Source of the DNA: Escherichia phage EC148
Sequence record: NC_106721.1
DNA: 64,000 nucleotides
Direction: 5' to 3' (one strand)
A program made the position numbers and the translations under genes. A model generated the notes under the pieces. That model ran no database searches. It was not told the origin of the DNA and saw only the letters and a program-made list of their open reading frames with translations. Positions 33,173-42,344 of the stretch are shown here, piece after piece (position 1 is the first letter of the stretch; the number at the start of each line of letters is the position of its first letter).

Positions 33173-34991
33173 GACACTAAAATTTAGTAACGTTATGTCT
33201 TACGGTAAGGACATCGTAATTCATCTCGATAAGAATCCCGTTACTCAACTAATCGGGGGCAATGGGCTAGGGAAATCTACAATTGCTACTGTTATTGAAG
33301 AACTATTCTATAATAAGAACTCACGCGGTATTAAGAAAGATGCTCTGTTCTCTTGGTCTTCTCCGAAAAAAGAATACGATATGCACGCTTATTTCTCGAA
33401 AGATGAGGATGAGTATGAACTGCATAAAGTAGTTAAGTCAACTGCTAAAGTAACTCTTATTAAGAATGGGGAAGATATTAGTGGACACACGGCAACCCAA
33501 ACATACAAGATGATTGAAGAAATTATGGGTGGTGACTTCCAAACATTCACCAAACTGATTTATCAATCGGTGGGCTCCAATCTAGACTTTCTAAAAGCAA
33601 CGGATGCAACACGTAAGGCTTTTCTTGTTAACTTGTTCAATCAAGAACAGTATAAAGAAATGTCAGAAACTATTAAGGCTGACCGTAAAGAAATAGCAAA
33701 TACCTTAAACAATTTGCAAGGCCAAATGGCTGTAATTACGAAAATCCTTAATGGAAAGAATAATCTAGGAACTCTACAGGAACCTGTAGAAGTACCGGAG
33801 TTTGATGAAGAACCATTAGCACAAGAACTTACTGAATCGAAAATTAAGGCGGCATTAGCCAAGTCTCAAGAGGCTAATATTACTAAATTGCGTAATTTGG
33901 ACAAAGCTGTACAAGTTGCCGAACAATCTTTCGAACCTTTCAAAAATTTACCCGCGCCCACCGACCAAAACGAAGAGATCTCAAGTGTTACGCGTGACCT
34001 AACGATTGTGACCTCACGTGCGGGTGAAGTTAAGAAACGTTATCAGAAGTTCAAGCAAGAGGCTTCAAATACTGAATGTCCTACTTGTGGTACTCATCTG
34101 GATACAACTGCCGCTCAAAAAGCAATGGATATGGCTAGAACAGAATATGATCCTCTGTTCAAAGAGAAGCAATCTCTTGAAGCTAAGCTAGAACAGTTGA
34201 GGAAAGAACAACTTGAGTACGTTGCGTATATTAGAGCAAAGGATGCCTTGGATAAAGCAGTGGTAGCTAGGGACGAGTTCAAAAATTCAATGAGTGATGC
34301 TTCTTTTGAAGAACTCAATGTGCAAATCCTACAGGTGCAAATCCGACAATTAGAACAGGAAATCGCTGATGGACGTTCTAAGGTTGCAATTGCCAAAGAG
34401 CATAATGCAAATGTCGAATTAGCCAATGCAAAATATAAAGCGAAACTAGAACAGATTGAGAAAGCTGAAGCAGAAATGTCCGAGATTACTTCCAAATTAA
34501 ATGAAGTATCAGAAGCTGTTGCTGATCTCGATATTCTGATTGCTGCATTGAAGAATTTAGTAGGATATAAACTAGAGCATAGTGTGAAAGTATTTGAAGA
34601 ACTAATTAATAAATACCTTTCTATTATGACTGGCGGTAAATTCGCACTTGGATTTGAACTTGATGAAACAAAATTACAAGTAGTAATCTTCAATGATGGA
34701 AATCGTACCAGTATGGAGAACTGCTCTACTGGTCAACAGAGTCGAATTAACCTAGCAACCCTGTTAGCTATTCGGATGCTGTTAACATCTATTAGTAAAG
34801 TTAATATTAATCTTCTATTCCTTGATGAAGTAATTAGCTTTATTGATACGAAAGGACTTGACACTCTTGTTGAATTATTAAACGAGGAAGAAAGTCTAAA
34901 TTCTATCATTGTTTCTCATGGGCATACGCATCCACTAGCTCATAAGATTACTGTCAAAAAAGATGCAGAAGGATTTTCCTACTTAGAATAA
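33153..34991 (+). CDS. Rad50/SbcC-like ATPase
   Basis: Walker A GGNGLGKST, long coiled coil, signature-like CSTGQQS, Walker B LFLDEV. Start set at ATG 33153 (MSKITIK). Confidence 0.8.
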   Translation: MSKITIKTLKFSNVMSYGKDIVIHLDKNPVTQLIGGNGLGKSTIATVIEELFYNKNSRGIKKDALFSWSSPKKEYDMHAYFSKDEDEYELHKVVKSTAKVTLIKNGEDISGHTATQTYKMIEEIMGGDFQTFTKLIYQSVGSNLDFLKATDATRKAFLVNLFNQEQYKEMSETIKADRKEIANTLNNLQGQMAVITKILNGKNNLGTLQEPVEVPEFDEEPLAQELTESKIKAALAKSQEANITKLRNLDKAVQVAEQSFEPFKNLPAPTDQNEEISSVTRDLTIVTSRAGEVKKRYQKFKQEASNTECPTCGTHLDTTAAQKAMDMARTEYDPLFKEKQSLEAKLEQLRKEQLEYVAYIRAKDALDKAVVARDEFKNSMSDASFEELNVQILQVQIRQLEQEIADGRSKVAIAKEHNANVELANAKYKAKLEQIEKAEAEMSEITSKLNEVSEAVADLDILIAALKNLVGYKLEHSVKVFEELINKYLSIMTGGKFALGFELDETKLQVVIFNDGNRTSMENCSTGQQSRINLATLLAIRMLLTSISKVNINLLFLDEVISFIDTKGLDTLVELLNEEESLNSIIVSHGHTHPLAHKITVKKDAEGFSYLE

Positions 34992-34994
34992 AAC

Positions 34995-35477
34995 ATGGCT
35001 GTAGATAGTAGAGAGAAAGGTAAACGTGGTGAATATCAGGTAAGAGATATTCTACGTGAGCGTACAGGTCTTGAGTGGGAACGTGTTCCTGGCTCTGGTG
35101 CTTTTGGCCAGAGCCACGGACTGAAAGGTGACATCTACCTTCCACCACAAAGCGGACACATTAGTAAATACTGCTTCGAAGTTAAGTGGTATAAAGATGA
35201 TAATATATCAAGTAATTTATTTAATGTTGGTGAATCCACTCTAGAGAAGTGGTGGCAGCAGTGCTCACGTGAAGGTGAGCAGATGAACTCCAAACCTGCA
35301 TTAATATTCAAAAAAGACAGAGGACAGTGGTTAATAGCTTTGGATAGCTCAGACCCAATGGTTGACAACTTAATGAGTCGTACCCATATGGTGTTAAATA
35401 AGAAAGACATGGAAATCGTAATTGGTTTATTTGAACCGTGGCTACATCATGCATCTGTTGAGGACTTAATTAAATAA
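34995..35477 (+). CDS. PD-(D/E)xK nuclease, possible Holliday-junction resolvase
   Basis: 160 aa; GDIY...FEVK pattern fits a PD-(D/E)xK core. Confidence 0.45.
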   Translation: MAVDSREKGKRGEYQVRDILRERTGLEWERVPGSGAFGQSHGLKGDIYLPPQSGHISKYCFEVKWYKDDNISSNLFNVGESTLEKWWQQCSREGEQMNSKPALIFKKDRGQWLIALDSSDPMVDNLMSRTHMVLNKKDMEIVIGLFEPWLHHASVEDLIK

Positions 35478-36352
35478 TGAGTAAATCCTGGGGAAAATTT
35501 ATTGAAGAAGAGGAAGCTGAAATGGCTTCCCGTCGTAACCTAATGATTGTCGATGGAACTAACTTAGGCTTTCGCTTCAAACATAACAACAGTAAAAAAC
35601 CATTTGCCTCAAGTTATGTTTCCACTATTCAGTCTCTAGCAAAATCTTATTCTGCTAGAACTACAATAGTTTTAGGAGATAAGGGGAAGTCTGCATTCCG
35701 CTTAGAGCATTTACCTGAGTATAAGGGTAATCGAGATGAGAAATACTCTCAGCGTACGGAAGAGGAGAAAGCGTTAGATGAGCAGTTCTTCGAGTATTTG
35801 AAAGATGCTTTCGAGTTATGTGAAACTACATTCCCAACTTTCACTATTCGGGGTGTAGAAGCAGATGATATGGCAGCTTATATTGTTAAACTGATCGGGC
35901 ATCTATATGATCACGTTTGGCTGATTTCTACTGATGGTGACTGGGATACTTTATTAACTGATAAAGTATCTCGCTTCTCTTTCACAACACGTCGTGAATA
36001 CCATCTTCGTGATATGTATGAGCATCATAATGTTGACGATGTAGAGCAGTTTATCTCCCTGAAAGCAATTATGGGTGATTTAGGGGATAATATCCGAGGT
36101 GTTGAAGGTATTGGGGCAAAGCGCGGGTATAATATTATTCGTGAATTTGGTAACGTTCTGGATATTATTGATCAGCTTCCACTGCCTGGAAAACAGAAAT
36201 ATATACAGAATTTAAATGCTTCGGAAGAATTGCTTTATCGAAACCTAATTCTGGTTGATTTACCTACCTACTGTGTGGATGCTATTGCTGCTGTAGGTCA
36301 AGATGTATTAGATAAATTTACAAAAGATATTTTGGAGATTGCAGAACAATGA
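35477..36352 (+). CDS. flap endonuclease / 5'-3' exonuclease (T5 D15-like)
   Basis: 291 aa; N-terminal LMIVDGTNLGFR resembles the Pol I 5'-nuclease family; size matches T5 D15 as I recall it. Confidence 0.85.
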   Translation: MSKSWGKFIEEEEAEMASRRNLMIVDGTNLGFRFKHNNSKKPFASSYVSTIQSLAKSYSARTTIVLGDKGKSAFRLEHLPEYKGNRDEKYSQRTEEEKALDEQFFEYLKDAFELCETTFPTFTIRGVEADDMAAYIVKLIGHLYDHVWLISTDGDWDTLLTDKVSRFSFTTRREYHLRDMYEHHNVDDVEQFISLKAIMGDLGDNIRGVEGIGAKRGYNIIREFGNVLDIIDQLPLPGKQKYIQNLNASEELLYRNLILVDLPTYCVDAIAAVGQDVLDKFTKDILEIAEQ

Positions 36353-36795
36353 TTAAAATTAAATTAACTCATCCAGATTGTATGCCTAAGATTGGTTCCG
36401 AAGATGCCGCAGGTATGGATCTGCGAGCATTCTTTGGTACTAATCCTGCCGCAGACTTACGCGCTATTGCACCAGGCAAATCTCTTATGATTGACACCGG
36501 TGTCGCGGTAGAAATTCCGCGAGGTTGGTTCGGTTTGGTAGTTCCTCGTAGTTCTTTAGGTAAACGCCATTTGATGATTGCAAATACCGCAGGAGTGATT
36601 GACTCAGACTATCGTGGAACTATTAAGATGAATCTGTTTAACTACGGTTCTGAAATTCAAACTCTGGAGAATTTTGAAAGACTTTGTCAGCTAGTAGTAG
36701 TACCACACTACTCAACTCATAATTTTGAAATCGTTGACGAACTAGAGGAGACTGATCGTGGGGAAGGCGGATTTGGAAGTTCAGGAAGCAAATAA
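36349..36795 (+). CDS. dut: dUTPase
   Basis: 148 aa; motif GVIDSDYRG. Confidence 0.9.
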   Translation: MIKIKLTHPDCMPKIGSEDAAGMDLRAFFGTNPAADLRAIAPGKSLMIDTGVAVEIPRGWFGLVVPRSSLGKRHLMIANTAGVIDSDYRGTIKMNLFNYGSEIQTLENFERLCQLVVVPHYSTHNFEIVDELEETDRGEGGFGSSGSK

Positions 36796-37021
36796 TTTTA
36801 CTGATCCTAATATGATAGGTATTGATACTAATATGTTAACTTATCAGATTAAAACTGCTGAACCAGAAACGTTTGTGCTAAAAACAGATAAAGAAGGTAA
36901 TGTTACTTTCTGGGACCCTGAAGGTTTTGTAGAGCTTTGTACTAATACGGATAATGAGCATTTAAAACTACTATTAGCTATTTATAATCTTGGTATTATA
37001 GAAGGTTGTAGAAGCAAGTAA
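36758..37021 (+). CDS. hypothetical protein (87 aa)
   Basis: ORF track; last gene before the bidirectional terminator. Confidence 0.4.
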   Translation: MGKADLEVQEANNFTDPNMIGIDTNMLTYQIKTAEPETFVLKTDKEGNVTFWDPEGFVELCTNTDNEHLKLLLAIYNLGIIEGCRSK

Positions 37022-37024
37022 TAG

Positions 37025-37061
37025 AAAAACCCCGGTGGATTTTGTCCACCGGGGTTTCTTT
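37025..37061. terminator. bidirectional intrinsic terminator between the convergent early and late operons
   Basis: AAAAA, 10-bp stem CCCCGGTGGA/TCCACCGGGG with 5-nt loop, then TTTCTTT. Confidence 0.8.
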
Positions 37062-37077
37062 GTACTATGTATATGTA

Positions 37078-39846
37078 CTATGAGTTATCTGGCTTAATAA
37101 GCTCGCTAACAAGTTTCTTCAGTTCGGTTAATTCTTGCTCAAGTTTGTTAACTTTATCAGCTTGATAACGAAATGCGCAAGCTAGATCTGCCATAATGAC
37201 GTTGTTATCAAGTGCTAATGTGTCATCTGCTTTGTCAACAACAATTTGGCGGTCTACATATTCTTCACCGTCATCGTTAACACCTATAACATCTGCAAAA
37301 ATATCTCCACCAGGAATTAATTTTACATATTCCGGGTCTATTTTTAGAAGGTCTTGGGCTATTAAGCCAAATCGCTGTATGTTGCTTCCATTGTATTTAA
37401 ACATTGTCGGAAGCCACTGCATAACGCGATCATAGCTTTCTTTTCCATCTGTATAGATTATATCGTGCTTTAAATCTCTGTCAGAGTTAGCGGCCTTTTG
37501 AAAAATGAAGTTTCCATTTGATGACCATGTGGTTATATCGTTTGAGGCTGGTTGAAACTGGAAGTTACAGAAAAAATTACCATCACCACGAAGTCTTAAC
37601 GAGCAAAAAGGCCAAGCATTATTTCCCTGTGGGATAAGACCCCAAGTTGCACGAATTGGATAACCACCAGTTGATTGTGTACCCCATGAAAGGCCAGGCG
37701 CCCATCCACCATCATTGTTAGGAATAATCTCGCCCCAAACAAGAGCATTACCCCAATAGTTAGGATCATCCCAGCCCATTTGTTGGGTTTTGCCAGTGTA
37801 TTGAGCAGAATGAGTTCTGCCGTCAGGGTAAAACTTGTGCATATAGGACTGTATCCCTGCTTGATACAATTCTATTCCAAAAGATTCAACGTGTGTGTCG
37901 CCTCTTCTGATTAAACCAGCGATAGCGTAATCGTCATACCAGTTGTAACGACTTACACCAGTCCATGTGTTTATTGGTGGATTCATGATTGAGAATAGTT
38001 GTGACGCATTGCGTTCATTCCCGTCTGCATAAATACCAGCCCCAGGAGCTAAGGAAATACTTTTCGCTCCCGAAAAAGTACCATTTTCATTAAACTGATA
38101 ATACTGTGCTAACCCATTATGAAATACGCCTATTGTATGCTTTCCTACGCCTACTTGAGTCTCAAAATACGACTGAGAAGAACCAATATCTTCGCCTTGG
38201 GTATTCTTTAGTTTTGAATGGTATATACCTGCGTTTGCAGTAACTGCATTTTCCGTTTCATTTTCAACATTAAGACTAAGGAACTTTGGCGCATGTTTCT
38301 CACCAAGCCCTATATTATTTCTGATACCATTCGCATCCTTAGCACCTGTACCACCAAATTGAATACCTAGTGGTAGCCATTGATCGGTGGTAGCATCATA
38401 AACGCCCCAATGATCCCCGTCAGCTGGAATGGTTAGATACTTGTTTTTATTTGGAGAATATAAAACTGTTTCTCCAGAATTCTGAAACAGCCTATCAACT
38501 CCTAAATTATATCTAGCACCTTCAGGAGTATCTGCTCCTGTACCCCCAGCCGCAGTTGATAATGGAAGAGTTTCCCATGAAATTCCGTCACCTGTTGCAT
38601 TTCTCTGAAGTACAATAAGACCATCATCTCTAATAACAAATCTATATAATCTATTATGTGAATATAAAAAAGTATGAACCCCATCTTGCACAAGTGAGTC
38701 TATAAGGAGTGTCTGACGAGAAGCATTGATATCCAACAGATCTGAAAGATTATTTTCTTTTAATAACGATTTACTAATGATACCTTCAGCTTTTCCAGCA
38801 GCCACTTCCGCGCGCCCAGCGTCTGTAGATGCGCTTTGTGCGCTACCAGCAGCATTGCTAGCTTGTTGTCCTGCTTCGATAGCGCTATTGCTTGCTTGTG
38901 CAGCGGAAGCAGCAGCAGCATCTTTTAGCGTGGTAGTTTCGGACACAGCAGCGTCCTTAATTCCCTGTGTGTCTATTTTTAGCTGCTCAACGTCTGATTT
39001 TAAAGCTACTGTCTCTGCTACTGCAGTATCCTTAATACCTTGTGTATCTATTTTTAGCTGTTCAACATCTGATTTTAAGCCTTGAATAGTAGTTACTGAT
39101 TGGCTAGCTGAGGCTGCGGAATGGGCTGCATTGGTTTCACTAGTTTTTGCATTGGTTTCACTAGTTTTTGCATTAGTTTCACTAGCTTTTGCATTAGTTT
39201 CCGAGGTTTTTGCAGCGGATGCTGATGCGGCGGCTTGTGCAGAGAATATTTCTGCCCCATCTCTATAGCCTTTAGAATCCGAAGCAGAAGCAGCAGCATT
39301 AGTTTCACTAGCCTTTGCCTTATCTTCACTAGTCTTTGCTGCAATAGCAGAAGCAGCAGCATTAGTTTCACTAGCCTTTGCATTAGTCTCACTAGTTTTT
39401 GCGTTAGTCTCACTAGTTTTTGCGTTAGTCTCACTAGTTTTTGCATTAGTTTCACTAGCCTTTGCCTTATCTTCGCTAGTTTTAGCATTAGTCTCAGATA
39501 TTTTAGCTGCAGCTGCTGATTCCTCCGATTTAGTAGCTGATGCAGCAGATTGAGTAGCAGATGTAGCGGACTGAGTGGCAGAGGCTTCAGAAGCTCCAGC
39601 AGAAATAGCAGCTTCCTGTTCAGAGTTCTTAGCATTAAGCTCCGAAGTTTTAGCCGCTATCTCAGAATCTTTTGCAGCTGCAGCAGACTTAGCTGCAGCC
39701 TCAATAGAAGATACTAACTCACTTGCAGTAATAGAGCTAATAGAATTACCTAGAGTTACTGTATATCTAGGAAACTTACTAGCAGTAGCTTTAGTATCAT
39801 CAATATTTAATATTTGTTGTACAATAATTTTAGTAGTTACTGCCAT
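37078..39846 (-). CDS. ltf: L-shaped tail fibre protein with C-terminal intramolecular chaperone
   Basis: 922 aa; N-terminal K(T/A)SETNA heptad repeats; C-terminal ...NVIMADLACAFRYQ...LEQELTELKK segment resembles self-cleaving chaperone domains. Confidence 0.75.
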   Translation of the reverse strand: MAVTTKIIVQQILNIDDTKATASKFPRYTVTLGNSISSITASELVSSIEAAAKSAAAAKDSEIAAKTSELNAKNSEQEAAISAGASEASATQSATSATQSAASATKSEESAAAAKISETNAKTSEDKAKASETNAKTSETNAKTSETNAKTSETNAKASETNAAASAIAAKTSEDKAKASETNAAASASDSKGYRDGAEIFSAQAAASASAAKTSETNAKASETNAKTSETNAKTSETNAAHSAASASQSVTTIQGLKSDVEQLKIDTQGIKDTAVAETVALKSDVEQLKIDTQGIKDAAVSETTTLKDAAAASAAQASNSAIEAGQQASNAAGSAQSASTDAGRAEVAAGKAEGIISKSLLKENNLSDLLDINASRQTLLIDSLVQDGVHTFLYSHNRLYRFVIRDDGLIVLQRNATGDGISWETLPLSTAAGGTGADTPEGARYNLGVDRLFQNSGETVLYSPNKNKYLTIPADGDHWGVYDATTDQWLPLGIQFGGTGAKDANGIRNNIGLGEKHAPKFLSLNVENETENAVTANAGIYHSKLKNTQGEDIGSSQSYFETQVGVGKHTIGVFHNGLAQYYQFNENGTFSGAKSISLAPGAGIYADGNERNASQLFSIMNPPINTWTGVSRYNWYDDYAIAGLIRRGDTHVESFGIELYQAGIQSYMHKFYPDGRTHSAQYTGKTQQMGWDDPNYWGNALVWGEIIPNNDGGWAPGLSWGTQSTGGYPIRATWGLIPQGNNAWPFCSLRLRGDGNFFCNFQFQPASNDITTWSSNGNFIFQKAANSDRDLKHDIIYTDGKESYDRVMQWLPTMFKYNGSNIQRFGLIAQDLLKIDPEYVKLIPGGDIFADVIGVNDDGEEYVDRQIVVDKADDTLALDNNVIMADLACAFRYQADKVNKLEQELTELKKLVSELIKPDNS
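39128..39505 (-). repeat. two arrays of 21-bp tandem repeats inside ltf, encoding K(T/A)SETNA heptads
   Basis: Units such as GCATTGGTTTCACTAGTTTTT repeat 4 times (39128-39211) and about 9 times with variants (39296-39505). Confidence 0.9.
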
Positions 39847-40268
39847 TATTTAGTTACCCCATCACTGATAAATACTTTACCCTCCATTATACGAAAGGAG
39901 CTAATTGCAGATCCTATAACATCTCTAGTCATAATTATATCATAGTATCCTGCGAATCGCTGACGAGGGTTATATTTATCTCTATCTTTAGATGCTCTAG
40001 CCCCTATATTTTCCACAGATTCTACTGGCAAACTTATAGCTACAGCCCCTTGAGCAGCATCAATAATATTAGTAGTAAAGGATGCTAATATCTCCGCATT
40101 CTCATCTAGGCTATTTTTTATAGTACCCCTTAGAGAATACCCGGTTAAGTTAACGGGGGTATTTGTAGGTGGATAAGTACTATCATCAACATCTAAGAAC
40201 TGCATCATTAAACCATATGGTACTTTCTCATCTATTACTAAATCTATAACTCTATTTTCAGTACTCAT
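39846..40268 (-). CDS. tail collar protein (p132-like)
   Basis: 140 aa; assigned by size and position next to ltf. Confidence 0.45.
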   Translation of the reverse strand: MSTENRVIDLVIDEKVPYGLMMQFLDVDDSTYPPTNTPVNLTGYSLRGTIKNSLDENAEILASFTTNIIDAAQGAVAISLPVESVENIGARASKDRDKYNPRQRFAGYYDIIMTRDVIGSAISSFRIMEGKVFISDGVTK

Positions 40269-40271
40269 TAT

Positions 40272-42344
40272 TTACCTTATATGGATGTACCCGTTTTGCA
40301 GGTCTATCTTCATTCTGTAATAGGCTTCCGGATTATCAGATAATGCAGCGTTTCTATCATAAATAACGTTAACACCGATCTGAGATAAGAAGGCATTATT
40401 TGCTACAATCTTACTGGCGGTTACCGTACCATTAACTATCATATCGCCATGCAGTACCATTGCTGGGTTAACCCAACCGGAACCATTCCATTGACGAGTA
40501 AATGCAGATTGCGGAGCATTACTATTAAACTCTGTCAATACATCATATCTAACTGGAGGACTACCAAAGTTATTCTGGAAGAAGGCATTAGCCTGCCCAT
40601 CATCCCAACCACCAAGACCAGGAATACCTAAGGAATACATTCCAGAACCACGTTGTCCATCATGTCCTATAGTACCTTCAGTACCACTCCACTGAACTAC
40701 ATCAGACCAGCTAGTACCTGCAAGTAGCTTATTAGTAACTGGGTCAAGTGTACCCGTAGTCGCATAGATATTTTGTGTCATATCTGTACGATTAGGTGGA
40801 GTTTTTGACCAACCAGGAGGCGGATAATCTTGTTCTAGTGGCTTTGCTGGAAGTGCAGTTGATATCTTATAAACAAATACTGTTTGCTTGCCCTGTATAC
40901 CTGTTTGGATATCTACATCGCCATTTGGTGTTCCAATTACTACTCCACTAGAAATACGTAGTACATCACCATCATAACGAATCCACTGTGTGGCATTACC
41001 AATGTCTAACTTAGCTTTGGCAGAGGTATTATCCATGCCCATCCAAATACCGGAGTTATTATCCCCCCAAGATTTACCTTGAGTGTAAATTGCTGGATTA
41101 TCCTTACCGGATAAGTTAGTCATGATAAAATTCGCAGCATTAATATCTCTAGTAATTACTTTACCATCAACGTTAACAACACGGTTTATAGGATCAAAAG
41201 AAATAGGTGCTTTTCCCTCTTCATCTAGCAGACCAATGTTAATAGCACCAGTAGCTGCATCGATTAAGAATGTCTGTCTCCAGATTTCTCCATCTTTCAT
41301 GCTGCCCTTAATAAAGGCATAGTTAACATCAATACCAGTCTCATTGACAAAGCTGTTATCTAGAGGAGTATCTTCATTCAATATAAATGTTACAGGAGCT
41401 GATTCTGTTATATCTTGTTTATTTGGTCCCCAGGCAATTGATGATACCTTAAAGGTATGTTCAACTTTCCATGGGAATGATATAATTGTTGCAGCTCTGG
41501 CAGCACCAACGTTTATCTTTTGAGCTTTAGCCCAGCCAGTCTTAGCGTATTCTTCAGAATTTATATATGTAACCAAGAACTCACGAACATTAGCACCACC
41601 ACCGCGTTCCCAATCCCACTCAATTCTAACATCATATCGTTCTTTACCATCAGCAATTCGTGCAGCTTTAAAAACAATATTGATAGGTGCAGTAGGAGGA
41701 ACAAAATTATAAGCTACTGTTAAAATATTAGGGAATTCATAGTACCCAGAAGAATCAACTGTAACACCATCAGGCATAGTTACTTGACCAGATATTCTGA
41801 TCTTATAATCTCCGATAGGAACTCCACCAAATTTAATAGTAGAACCTAAAGCCCCAATGTAATACTTAGTCCAAGGACTGTCTTCAGTAGCTGTACTTTT
41901 TAACTCAATAGTACAGTAGCTTGCTTCACCAGTTGTTTCTACGACAACTATCGGTGCACCTACCCCAACATCCACAGGTTCTGATTCAGATCTTGCTGCA
42001 ACAATTATTGGCTTCTCTTTTGTCCTAAAGTTAGTCTCATTAGAGAGATTGATACCAATCTTAGCCTCTAGCAGTTCAGAATCAATAATAGAGTCGTAGA
42101 AAGCCCCTTGAATCTCGTAAGAGGTTGAAGGGGTCAGGTTATTAATCATTATGAAGAAAGTATCTATACCAGTATAATCACGTCTATCTATACTTTCTCC
42201 TGTCTTTAACCAAAAAGATCTACCAATAACGTCATAGTCAGTATATATAGAGTGCTGGACATATGCCATTGTATATCCAGTCATTATACTATTTAAGACC
42301 ATTTTGGCTGGTGCATTATTCGAAATCATTAAATGGATGCCCAC
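40272..42344 (-). CDS. baseplate/central fibre protein (pb4-like)
   Basis: 690 aa; assigned by size and order; no search run. Confidence 0.55.
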   Translation of the reverse strand: MGIHLMISNNAPAKMVLNSIMTGYTMAYVQHSIYTDYDVIGRSFWLKTGESIDRRDYTGIDTFFIMINNLTPSTSYEIQGAFYDSIIDSELLEAKIGINLSNETNFRTKEKPIIVAARSESEPVDVGVGAPIVVVETTGEASYCTIELKSTATEDSPWTKYYIGALGSTIKFGGVPIGDYKIRISGQVTMPDGVTVDSSGYYEFPNILTVAYNFVPPTAPINIVFKAARIADGKERYDVRIEWDWERGGGANVREFLVTYINSEEYAKTGWAKAQKINVGAARAATIISFPWKVEHTFKVSSIAWGPNKQDITESAPVTFILNEDTPLDNSFVNETGIDVNYAFIKGSMKDGEIWRQTFLIDAATGAINIGLLDEEGKAPISFDPINRVVNVDGKVITRDINAANFIMTNLSGKDNPAIYTQGKSWGDNNSGIWMGMDNTSAKAKLDIGNATQWIRYDGDVLRISSGVVIGTPNGDVDIQTGIQGKQTVFVYKISTALPAKPLEQDYPPPGWSKTPPNRTDMTQNIYATTGTLDPVTNKLLAGTSWSDVVQWSGTEGTIGHDGQRGSGMYSLGIPGLGGWDDGQANAFFQNNFGSPPVRYDVLTEFNSNAPQSAFTRQWNGSGWVNPAMVLHGDMIVNGTVTASKIVANNAFLSQIGVNVIYDRNAALSDNPEAYYRMKIDLQNGYIHIR

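Noticed and set aside
34115-34693. 192-aa minus-strand ORF inside the SbcC-like gene
   Set aside because: Entirely antisense to a well-supported coding region; low-complexity Ser/Ala/Cys composition and no RBS, so treated as a frame artefact.
39128-39505. CRISPR-like array
   Set aside because: The repeats are 21 bp, contiguous with no spacers, and lie in-frame inside a structural gene.
38726-39853. Several overlapping ORFs in both strands across the tail-fibre repeat region
   Set aside because: Produced by the 21-bp tandem repeats; only the 922-aa minus-strand frame is continuous and has a sensible N- and C-terminus.
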